This document shows positions 23,479 through 34,710 of a stretch of DNA of 64,000 nt, piece by piece. How positions within the stretch are numbered: position 1 is the first letter of the stretch; the number at the start of each line of letters is the position of its first letter. Under the pieces are notes generated by a model. It was given only the letters and a program-made list of their open reading frames with translations. It had not been told where the DNA came from and ran no database searches. The position numbers were made by a program, and so were the translations under genes. The stretch comes from Peribolospora baueri (Eukaryota): assembly GCA_029717555.1 (NCBI GenBank), contig JAMDHS010000004.1:248001-312000 (forward strand), written 5' to 3'.

Positions 23479-23938
23479 TTTCGACGCCGTGCCATGGATG
23501 GCAGTTTTCGTCCACGTCTTCGCAAGACCCCTCGCATCGAGACGCAGGCGAGTCGAGTCGAATGAGCTCCGTGATTTCAACGCCCTCCGTCCGTCGGATT
23601 TTCGTCCACGCTGCGCGAGAGGAATTTCCTGTCCTTTTTTCTCTCCTGCCTCTCCGTCCAGTCCGGCCGGCCGGGTCTGGTCCGGTTCAGTCCAGCCCAG
23701 TCCAGTACAGTGTAGTCGAATCGTTCTTGGCTTCGGTCCGTCGTTTTCTCTTGCGCTTTTCCTTTCGCGCTCGCGCAAACTTACATTTTGTCTGCCGGCT
23801 AACCATCCCTTAGCTCGTTTTATATAACCAAAAAAAAGCCATCGAGGACGAGCGTTCGTTCGTTCGTTCGTCTCTCACGTACGTACCGATGACAGCAGAA
23901 CGGGTTTTCGCGTCCGGTTTTATCTATACATAGTTAAC

Positions 23939-23940
<2 letters not shown>

Positions 23941-23970
<30 letters not shown>
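23941..23970. repeat. (CA)15 microsatellite
   Basis: Direct reading. Confidence 0.98.
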
Positions 23971-23971
<1 letters not shown>

Positions 23972-25170
23972 CCGTCACATCCGTAGTCGAGTCGAGCTTC
24001 TTGCGGTCGTGCAGTATCCTACGTACACATCTATCTATCTGACCGACGCCCGCCCGTCTGTTTTGCACTTCCCCGTACCGCACGGATGATCTTGCCGACC
24101 GGCGGCGAACGTAGGAGATTGCAGAGGGTTGGATTAATTGAGGCAAGCCGAATGACAGGAAAAAGGATGGAAAGCACAATGGAGATATACTCCCTTCCAA
24201 TTACGTCCGTGCGGCCACCATCCTCCCCCCCGTACGTATCTTTGTATCGTTGAAGCCGGTACTACCTACCTACGTCCTCCTCGTCCTTTCGTTCGCTCTC
24301 TTTCTTCTTGGCAGCGTTTTTCTCCTGCTGAGCGAGCGACCATCTCCGGAGGGAGAAATCGGGAAGCGGTCAATCAGCAATTTTGTTTTTTTTTTGTTTT
24401 GCTCGGCGCTCTCTGCAAGACCTTTTGCGAGGTAGACCGGGTCATCATCCCCTTTCCGGCCCCACTCGCTTGCGTCGTCCTTGCCTTGCCTTGCCTTGCC
24501 TTGGCGATCGGCAACTAGAGCTAGCCCGCCAACATTGGCCTCCCTCACCCCCACGCGTAGGGCGTGCATGGCGTGCGCGACATCGCACATCGCATCGCGT
24601 GTTTCCTATGCTGTGTGTGGCACCTGAGAGGATCGTTCGAGTAGCTTTGTACGGAGAGACGGACGGCACAGACAAGCGCTTGGAGCGCGGAAACCGATCC
24701 AGGAGGACACTAACAGTATCCATGGCAAAGAAGGGAGAGGGGAGGACGACAGCGTGTGAACTGAGGCGCCGAGCACAGGTGGATCGACCAGCGGGCCGGT
24801 TGAGCAGACGGAAGCTTGTCAGCTCGGGAATGAGGGCAAATTCTCAAGCCGGCAAGGGAAGAGTGCACTGTCTACTGTCTGCACGCTAAGTCTAACCGGA
24901 GCGAGGATGTGAAGGAGCAAGATGCATGGTGGTCGCCTTTGCGCCCCAGCGTCTAGACATCCGAGAAGAAGGAAGAGACGGTGGGCAAGGTGGGAAGGAG
25001 GTGGATGACGATTTCGGCAGTGCAATGAACCCCTGACCTAAAACAACGATCCGTGCACATCACGTGCGCAGTGAAGAATGAAACAGCAAGGGACACGACG
25101 AGGACGATAGGTACTGCCACCGGCGACGGCAGTCGACGACAATTGTATACCACCTCGGTCGATCATAACC

Positions 25171-26332
25171 ATGGACCACGGCGGCGGCAATCACGGCGGG
25201 ATGGACCACGGCGGGATGGACCACGGAGGCGGCGGTGCGGACGGCCAGTGCTCGATGAAGATGTTGTGGAACGCTGGTAAGTCGTCGTCCCGGTACGTGC
25301 CAGTGGTGGAGCGAACACCGTGCGTTGCCCCGCCTCCGTCCTTCGAGCTGACGAGAGGCCGGTCGCGCCGTTTCTTTTCTACATCCCAGACGTCGTGGAC
25401 ACCTGCGTGCGCATTGCTCTCTTCTCCGTCCAACCGAGCTCATCAGCCGTGCCGGGGTGGATCAACTTCTCATACCGTCTTCCATCCACTCTCCACCCGT
25501 CCTCCCGTCGTTTTTCCTCCCTCACAGATTGTCTTTGAATCCTGGCACATCCGCTCCACCCTTACCTTCTTTCTCTCCTGCCTCGCTGTCTGCCTCCTCG
25601 GTGTCTTCTACGAGTACCTCCGTCTCCGCTCCCGTCGACTGGATCGCCAGACTGCCTCGAAGCTCATCGCTTCTAGCGCCCAGAGGCCCATAAGTCGTCG
25701 GACGGCGAGCTTGGCGGAAGGAAGTGATGGCTTGGGAAGTGTGGTCGTCAGCGGGCTCAGTGGTGGGCTGGGGGCAGAGAGCAGGAGAGGCGGGAGGTCG
25801 CACAGTCCTGGAGAACTAGGTCCCACCTTGAGCGATCGCGAGGACAGCAGTTTACTTGGGCCAAAGTGGAGGGACGGGAGCGGGAAGCGCAAAGCGTGAG
25901 TGGTTGCGATTCACCAATGTACCGACAGACTGTGATTGTCATGACTTGGTTCACTAACATCCTTCCGGCCCTCGTCACCCGCTCCCCCATCCTCGCTCGG
26001 AAACGCTCGCAGGCCGGTCGTGCCGCCGCGTCTGCAGGTCCGTCGTTCTCTCTTGTACGGGGTCACCGTGTTCGTGAGCTTCATGCTCATGCTCGTGGCG
26101 ATGACCTTTAACGTCTACTTAATCCTGTGAGCCCGCGCATGCGTTGCTACGCTCTCAGCCGCTAGATGATCTGATCCGACCTTGCTTGCCCGCCTCTCCT
26201 CGTCCCCTCTATAGTTCCATTTGCCTCGGCGCCGTGGTCGGCCATTATGCCTTTGCTCGCGACCTCGTCGAGCACGACGCTGAGGGCAACTTGGTCGAAG
26301 CCACCAGCGACGGAAGGAACGTGTGCCACTGA
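25171..26332 (+). CDS. Ctr-family copper transporter (Ctr2-like), multi-exon with a 17-nt micro-exon at 25390-25406
   Basis: His/Met N-terminal repeats MDHGG, CSMKMLWN, DTC|IVFESWHI, GVFYEYLR, MLVAM (MxxxM), GAVVG (GxxxG), C-terminal CH*. Confidence 0.92.
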
Positions 26333-26899
26333 ATACAGCCTCTGGTCTCTGTGCCGTCAGTCGAACGAAATCTTCGCATCCTCCGGGTCGCTATACTCCG
26401 CGCCGCCCAGGTTTCTCCTTCTCCTGTACCTCTTGCGCTATGTACCAGTGTCGTCTAGAGGCAAGCTTCTTTCCAGTTCGTTGAAGCGTTCTTCGTCTGA
26501 CGTGCGAGGATCGCGCAGGAAGGAAGGACATGCGAGGAGACGTCCGCGCGCGCGCTCAGGTCATCTGTGCTCAGTTCGTCAGAGAACGACTAAGCCGACG
26601 GTGGACTCGGTAAATCGGAGAGAGTAAAGGTAACACTGGTAGCGGCTCCCCGAACAGACGATGAATGCTAGGCCTCGGATTCTTGGAACGGACAGGACGG
26701 GCAGGTTGGTTGGTCGGCGAGATGGCTAGGGGGTCAGACCTTGGTCTTGGCTTGGCTTGGCTTGGCTTGGTCAGCGGCCGCGCCGCGTCTGTCTGCACGG
26801 GGCACGGGCCACCGACGTCATCGTTTGGACAACACTCGAATGGATGACCTCCTCCTCCGCTCCAGCCCCTCCCCATCCCTTCTTACCCATAAACGAACG

Positions 26900-27570
26900 A
26901 TGCAGACCACCAGATATGTGGGCACAGCGGGGGGCGGAGAGATTGTGGATGAAGAGTGTTGCAAGGTCGTCTGTTGCTGTTGTTGTGACTGCTGTGAGTC
27001 GAGTTACAGGTCGGCAGGCGAGCGTCCTATTTCGTTCTTTGGCTCCTTTACCTTTTTTGTCATATTCATTTACAGGCATGAGGGGTAAGGAGAGGAGGAG
27101 GATAGGAAGAGGGTCGGCAGATGGCTATCACATGTGGACTGTGGCCCAGTTCGTCCGTTCACATAGACGCCCATCGTGTTTCATCACTCCTGATGTTGAA
27201 TGGTTTTGTTTCTCCCCGTTTTCAATCCTCCTCTCGCTCCCTCCATCACATCTGTCCCTTCACACTCGAGCCAGGTGGCCGTAATTCGTGTTTTGCCCGA
27301 GGATGCAGCTGCTCCAACCTCAAGGACGCCCTGCTCGCCTGTTTCACCTGCGGTAAAAAAGAGAGTAAGGAGACGGTCACCTACCCGTCCTACCCTTTGG
27401 AGCCCCCTCGTGGCAGCGACAGCGACGGAAGAGGGGGCCCGGGCCCTACCCCTACATGGGCGTCGACGCAGTATGCGCAGGCAAACAAGATGCACATGCC
27501 AGCGCAGCCGATGTCCCGGGCAGATGTGATCATGGCGGCGGCCATGGATGATGTGCGACGCGGGCGATGA
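26900..27570 (+). CDS. Small cysteine-string protein, 132 aa (exons 26900-26993, 27076-27084, 27275-27570)
   Basis: Introns GTGAGT...TACAG and GTAAGG...CCAG have matching phase 1/1; the join reads ...EECCKVVCCCCCDCCMRGGRNSCFARGCSCSNLKDALLACFTCG...; ends in TGA-TGA-TAG. Confidence 0.65.
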
Positions 27571-28353
27571 TGATAGGGGCGGTCGGTTCGGTCGGGCTGG
27601 AATGGAAGTGGGGATCGGATCAAGGACGAAGGAAGGGCCCGTCGGCCGAGGAACCGGATTCGTTGGTGGGCGGGTCGTGTGGTGCGGATGCGTCGATTGG
27701 AAGGATGGGGAGGCGCATTGGGCGGGGGCGTGGTGTGGGCGAGTGTGAGAACAAAGAAGAGCGACGTCCTTCGTTTTCAGGCAAGCGACACACAGCTCCT
27801 GCGAATAGTTTCCTATGAGCGGCTATACCAATGGTGACCCGGCCTTGGACTTGGACCGCATCCTGACATGACACACCTGTTTGCATCGAATCAGCCCAGA
27901 TCGGAAAGTCTCTCTCGCCAGTTCTTTTCCACCCTTCTCTCTTTCCTTTTTTCTTTGCTTCTTTATACTCAAGGCCCCCTCGTCTCTTCTCTTCCTCTTC
28001 TTTTGTATGATCTTTAGACCCTGGTCCCCTTCCTCCTTCCTGACGACGCCGGGCGCCTTCTCCGCTCTCGCTACCCCATTCCTCGACATACCGAAGCGCG
28101 ACGTCGCGCCTTTGCTCGCTTCCCTAGTCGTTCTCATTTCCTTGTTAACGCTCTCCATTGCGCTCTTAGTGCCCTCCATCCTTGCCATTTGGATTGCCTC
28201 GCTATCTCGTGCCGCCGTACCAAAACACATGCACGCATGCGACGGTTTCTTCTCGCATGGGTCAGGCTCGACGGGTAAAGAAGAAATAGTCTAGCAGCTC
28301 TGTACATTTCCCCACGGATGGAGAGGGGAGGTCACGAATGTCCAGCCGTCCCG

Positions 28354-30435
28354 TCAGACAAACTTCTGAAGCACGACGGAGTTGAGCAAGCCAGCGTCAA
28401 CAAGGGTTTGACGCTCGTCGACGATCTCCTTCGGAGGGAAGGAGGTCTGGAGCGTGTACCCTCTGGAAGCCATGCCGGGTTGGGATCTTGACGGTCCGAT
28501 AAGAAATGAAGAAGAGAAGAAGGCGGTGGAAATAAGGATCAGCAAAGGTCCCGTCGGAATCGCTGGGAACAAGCAAGGCGCTCACGCGTTGATGTACGCC
28601 CTGATGTCGCCCACAGTGTGCTCCTGATTGAACCTGCCGACCAATCTGCCCATCGAAAGCGGCACGTGAGGCGTGAACATCAGTTCGCCGACTCGGGCTT
28701 TGCACTGCGCCGGCCGAAACTCGTTGCCTGTCGAGAAGCCGAACTGACATGACTGGACTCACCTCTGACCATCGCCCAACCTGATCTGCACCTGCGTCGC
28801 CGGCTTGCTCGGATCGACCTCAAAATGGACGTTCTGGCTCTGAGGAGCGCCAGTGCCTTCGCTCGTCTGCGCTGCTCCGCCACTCCCAACACCGGCAGTC
28901 GGAGGTGTAGCTACGCTGTCAGGCGCAGGCGAGCCTAAGCGGTTGCCCGAGCCTTCGAATGGACGCGCAGGGCGCGGAGGCGGAGGGCTATACGGCTCGT
29001 CCGTGCGGCGAGCCACGCGCACTTGGACGGGTTGGCCGAACCGGACGTTGAGAAGGTCGAGCGGGGCGCGACTGGAGAGGACGGCGGAGTGTACGATCAG
29101 GCGAATGAACAAAAATCCGCAGTACAGCCAAACCGCCGTCAGCCACCGCCGCTGATCGGTTCAAATCGAGACGAACGAACGTGCAACCCACCCATCGTGA
29201 ATGGCCGCCAGCGCTTCCTGGTGCTGCGGATCATCGTATCTCATGAGCGGACCGTCCTCGATACTGAATCCGTCGCGCCAGAAGGTGAGATGGCGAACGA
29301 CAACCTCCTCCTCCTCCTCGGCACTCTCGCCGCCAACACCGACGGCTCCTTCGCCCGCGGCGGGACGACGTGGCTCGTTAGGGTCGGGTACCTCGCGCGA
29401 CGGCTCGTCTTCCGAGCCTAGCGTATTGCCAGTGCCCGTGAACCACGACCGCAGTCTGGAAGCCGTCGAGGGTGCCGGTTCTTCCGGAGCCGGCCCGTGT
29501 CTGCGACCACGAGTCAAGTTGCATGAAAATAAAAGACATTCACGGTCAGCATGTGCGCGCCCCTATTGGATCGCGACAAACGCAGAGGAGAAGCCGAAAA
29601 GCTCACTGAGCAGCTTGACGGAGGATCCTGTTGACCAGGTCGCCGCCGGGTGATCCCCCCCGATCAGGCCTCTGCACCGAGATACCGCTGTAAAGAAAAA
29701 AAATCGAGTTGAGACGAAGCCACAAAGGACGCGGGTACCCTTGCGCAACCAATTCCTGGCCGCGCGGAGGATGTGCAACTGGAGCTCACCTTCGCTCTCC
29801 TCCAGCAAAAAGGTTCATGGGGTCGTTCTTATCCTCGTCCTCATCCTCATCCTCATCTCTACCTCCTCCAAACCCTCCAGGTCCGCCGGCGGAAGGCTGT
29901 GCGCTCCTGAAATCCCGCATCGTAAAGATCTTCCCGCTAGCTCCTCCGCTAGGCCTGGAGGACGCAGCGCCCGCCCCGCCGCCACCGAGAGCATCACGTC
30001 CAATGATGCGAGGGCCCGAAGACGAGGGTGTTCCTCGCCCGGATGACGGACCGGACGAGCCGCCGCCTCGAGCCCAATCCGAGGGGAGAGGGTCAGCGGG
30101 GGCGCCGGATAGGGTTCGTGGGCCGGTGTAATCGGCGGGGACGGACGGCGCAGAGTCGGTGCCGACGCCGGCGCCCTCGCCAGCGCCCTCGCCAGCGCCC
30201 TCGCTCTGGCTCTGGTAGAAGTGGCTCAGCGCGCCTTCAAGGTTACCGCCGTCGGCTTCGACATAGAACCTGCGGGCGAGCCGTAATGAAGAACATGAAG
30301 AACCAAGGTGAGAACCGTCCAGAAGGTCCCTCAAACCGATACCAAGAAAAGGCATCCCAGGAAATCTCACCGAGCAACATCTTCAGAGGCACCGGTGACC
30401 TCTAAGAACTTGGCGACCGCTTCTCCGTGGTCCAT
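28354..30435 (-). CDS. SHP1: Cdc48/p97 adaptor Shp1/p47 (UBA-SEP-UBX), multi-exon
   Basis: [17 protein letters not shown] (UBA-like), [39 protein letters not shown] (SEP), FEGSGNRLG (SHP box), QIRLGDG...TSFPP...LLNSVVLQK (UBX). Confidence 0.93.
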
Positions 30436-31307
30436 CTTTGTCTTCTTCTCTGCACGGCCCTCGGTAGGTCCGTCTGTCGGTTCGCTCAACGGGGCGCTGA
30501 GAACGGTTGAGCTGGCCGCTGGGGGCAGGGCAGGACAGGGCAGGACAGGGCAGGGCAGGTTGATGGGTAGATGGAGAAGGTGTGCAGGGAAACCACCCGT
30601 GTGGAGTGGAAGGAGGGGCGACGCGGCCTTCGATCACGTCTCAGCCGCAATCGCCGCCTCCGTCCGCTTCTGTGCGTGGCAGAGCAGGAACGGATGGGTC
30701 GAGGGCACGACGCACGACGCAGATAGACAGACAGATAGACGCCAAGGGATGCACTCAGATATGGGCATGCAATCGTTTCGACAAGACGCCATTTTTCACG
30801 TCTTTACACTTTTCGACGCGGAAGAGGATGGATAGGCGGGGGTAAAGGGAAGGGAAGGCAAGGGACGGGAAGGACGGGAAGGACGGACGGACGGAGAGGT
30901 GGTGGGTGTAGGAAATGTTGAAAGGAGGGAACGGGGGGAATGAAGAGGACTTACCTCTAGCTCGCTCGGGCGCCCGCTGGCCACGTCGCGTCTTAGCGTG
31001 CCGGCGAGCGAGAGTGCCTGAACCCGGAAACGAGACGATCGATACGGTACATGTCACCAACCCTACCGGAGGAACGAGGGGGTAGAAGGGAAGGCGAGAC
31101 GAGGCGAACCATTCGATGCCCGACGGCAACCCGATCGGGAGCCGTCAGCACGTAGAGCGCCCGAAGTGGGAAGGAAGAATAGGAGAGAAGAAAGGATGTG
31201 GGCCGTGGACAGACGGCACTAAAGATAGGTTGCCTAGGGAGTATGGTCAATGGACGAATAAGGACTTGGCCTTTGTCCATTGCAACCAGAGGCGGAATGC
31301 CTGAGCA

Positions 31308-33273
31308 TCAGTCCTCGGTCTCGGCGCCGTTGTTCTGAACGCGGCGCTCCTTTTCGCTTTAGGCAGAAGGCGGAGGCCAGCAGAGGGAAAAGCAACGTCG
31401 ACGACGAGAGACGTAGAGGGAAGGAAAGGAGTAAATGGTCACGTCCCGAACACTCAAGCCCTGCTCCCCTTATTAAGCGCGTTTCACGACTCACTTCTCG
31501 AGCTGGTTGTAAAGCAGGAAGAGCGCCTTCTCGTTCGCCTCAGGCGTTCCCTGGATGGTGAACATCCTCTCACCCGTCTCGTCATGCGGCACCTTGGCGA
31601 TGGAGATCCGGGAGCCGGAGAGCCTCCTGATCTCGGTGATCTTGCTGCCTCCCTTGCCGATGATGCAGCCAACCATGTCGGACGGGATGGAGATGTTCTG
31701 GGTCCGGATGTTCGGGTCCTGGCTCGCGGCCGACGAGCCGGGGGGAACGAGGGCGCCGCTCGGGCTAGCCTCGGCGGCGCCGGCACCAGCGGCGCCTCCC
31801 ACTTCACCGGCGACGGCGGCGGCGGCAGCGGCAGCGGCGGCGTTGGTGGAGCGACGACCGTTCTCGGAGCCAATACCGTTGGAAGAGCGACGGTTGGCGC
31901 CACTCACGAAGCCGGCAAGACCGACCATGCCACCCAGCGAGCTACGGCGGCCGCCCTGAGGCTGGAGGCCGCCCGCACCGCCAGCGGCGAGCACGCCAGC
32001 TCCCTCGACCTGGCCGGGGTGGTAGAGAATGGTGCCCTGACCTCTCTCCCAGTCCTCGAGGAGGCACTTGCCGATCTCGTACACGGCCACGCGGATCGCC
32101 TCAGTGCTACCCTGCACCTCAACGACGCGCTCGGTCGACTGGGGGAGCATCTCCTTGGAGGCGACCATGCGAGCGCCGGACACGTCCTGAATGTGCTTGA
32201 TCTTGAGACCCTGGCGGCCGATGACGGTGCCCATGAGGTTGTGCGAGATGAGCAGGCGCACAGAGGTGAAGGCGTTCGGGGGAGGGGAGACCGGGGTGCT
32301 CGGGGGAGAAGCGTTGACAGGGTTCTCGAGGATGGTTTGGGCGATGAGAGAGTAGGCCTGACGGCGGGGTCGGTCGATGGGAAAGAAAACGTCAGTCCTG
32401 ACGGAAAAAAACAGTGTGATGTGGCATGCGTGACGAAGCAGGTCTCCCGCGCTCGCTCGCTTGCTCACCTTGGCAACGCCCTCAAGAGGACCGCTGACGC
32501 TGAGGACACGGTCGTGAACACCTTGAACCACCTTGCTAACGCCAGCCTTGACGCCGGTCTTGTCGCGGAGCTCGGCGACGTTGTGGCCCCCCTTACCGAT
32601 GATCACGCCGGCCTCCTTGGTGGAGACGAGGGCACGAACGGTAAGCGAGGCGTTGGGGTCGACGGGGGACTCGCCGTCCGTCATGTCGACATTGGGGCCG
32701 GGGGACCCGGTCCCCTCGACGTCAACTGCGATGGCGTCGCCAGCGACGGGAGAAGTCGCGGCAGGGGCCGCAGTAACGTTGTCTGCGAGGAGGGAGACAC
32801 GAAGGGAGTACCAAAGAGGACGGCAGTGCACCTACGTCAGCGGCCGTTCCATCGTTCCAGCATGCGCATGTGGACGAAGCAGAGGGCCAAGAAGATCGAG
32901 ACTCGGCCCCGAAACGGTATGGTAAGAGGGCAAGTCAAGCGCGACGTGGTCTCGCCGCACACGGTCGGTCGCAAACGAGACTGGCCACGCTCAGCAGTTG
33001 AAATGACGACGAAGGCAAGCCTGGGCAAGACCCCAACGTAGAAAATCAAGAGAACTGTATCGATAGACTAGGCCGGTTGCGTGTCCCGTTCAAGGCAGCT
33101 AGCTATCTTAGGCCCCGCGCCTGCGACCATCTCCCCATTCGCCATTGAAAAAGAAGGACAGATGGGGAGGAAGAGGCAACGAAGAGACGCTGGCCGGAGC
33201 AGCGCAAGACAGAAGGAGAGAGATGGTCGAAAAGGAGATGGGGACGGTGGCACTCACCGACGATGTCAGACAT
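31308..33273 (-). CDS. Three-KH-domain RNA-binding protein (Rnc1/Hek2/Pbp2 family), multi-exon
   Basis: Three GxxG KH motifs: GVIIGKGG, GTVIGRQG, GCIIGKGG; first exon MSDIV at 33273; last exon EKERRVQNNGAETED*. Confidence 0.92.
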
Positions 33274-33615
33274 GGCCGAAGAAGGGGGAAGCGGGCGGGG
33301 TAAGGGAGGGAGTAATGGGGAGGATTAGGGGCGGGGGTGGCGGGGACGGAGGGAGGAAACGGAGGAAAGGAGGAAGGATGAGGGCGATTGGGAAGGAGAC
33401 GAGGGGAGGAGAGGAGAAGGGACGGGATGGGATGGGGGACGATGGGTGGTCGAGGTGGTGGTGGATGGGATAGGGGACGATGGTGGGTGAAGAGGAGGAG
33501 GAAGAAGAGAGACGGAGGCTAAGCAGCGGCGGCCGTAGTCAGACGGACCCAATAGGATCGCATTTACGGGCGTGTAATGGGTTTGTAGTGCTCGTCGCCC
33601 CGGTACTCTATGCAG

Positions 33616-33687
33616 AGTACACAAAGTACACGAGTACGAGTACGAGTACAAGTACAAGTACAAATACAAGTACAAGTACACAAGTAC
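33616..33687. repeat. AGTAC(A/G) hexamer array upstream of the KH gene
   Basis: About 11 imperfect AGTAC-containing units. Confidence 0.9.
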
Positions 33688-34710
33688 TCTCTCTACTTAC
33701 CTTCTCGTCCTTTCTTTCCCCTGCACGCGACACAACCGCGTATGTATAAAAAATGGCCGCCTCGCGCTCGCCACCACCTCCTGCCGAGCTCCGAGTCTAC
33801 TTCCATCGCCGGTCACCTCTTTGAGGCTCTTCAGTCCTGCGGGAATGGGAAAACGAAGGAAAGAAGGAAAGAAAGAAGGAAAGCGAGCCTAAGTCGTGTC
33901 CTCCCGCCTCCTCCGTCCTCCCCTCTACCGACCGCCTCTTCCGACCCTGTGTCCACACGACGCGCCGTCACGTCTCCAGCCTCGACCAAGGGGGCCCGCG
34001 TGCGTACATGGAGGAGTTAGCGATGCTACTTGCATGCCCGCAAGCCTCGTTCCGATGCCCTCCACTCCACAGCGGCAAAACGAAACCCGCCCGGGCATGG
34101 TCGACCAAGCAAGGCAAGGCGACCACGCCGACAGAAAGTCGCCCACGGCGCTTCGCCCGCCCTGTCTGTCTGACCTCCACCCTCCCTCATCCGGCGGCTA
34201 GTTTCGTTGCACCCTCGAGCTCCGCCTCGGCTGCGGCTCCCCCTTTCCCCACCGCAGGACCCCCACGGCGGCCGGCTTCCTTTCAAGTCAAGTGAACAAA
34301 TCGCGTGGCAGACAGACAGTGGTAGGTACAGACTGTGCGGTGCCGTAGCTCGCACTTGAGCGTCGCTTCGCCCACCAACCCGTGGCCACCGCTGGGCCGA
34401 CTGCGTGGGACTAACTAATTTATGTATGTAGCGCTGTGCGTATTTTACGGAATGTTCATAGACTTTCGCTCCTTGAGGTGGCTTGTTGCAGCGCGCTTGC
34501 CTCTGTCTACACATGCCCGGCCCGACTTCGGTGATGACGCTCTCGCTAACCGAGCAAAGCTCTCCACCGGTGACGGCTGTGTTGTCACGAACCGTCGTCC
34601 GCTTCTAATGATCCGTGTCCAATACCCGAGCGGGATTTTCCACGCGAACGCAAGCACGCCGACAACGCGTCCTCGTTCTCTTCGACTCCCAAATGACTGG
34701 CCTGCCGGGC

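Noticed and set aside
27881..28294. Hydrophobic ORF as a small membrane protein
   Set aside because: It lies in a pyrimidine-rich tract overlapping the likely SHP1 3' UTR, so hydrophobicity is explained by composition; not fully excluded.
31584..33041. 485-aa antisense ORF over the KH gene, and similar antisense ORFs over the phosphatase, DSS1 and RPL13
   Set aside because: Shadow ORFs expected from GC-rich codon bias; no motifs recognised.
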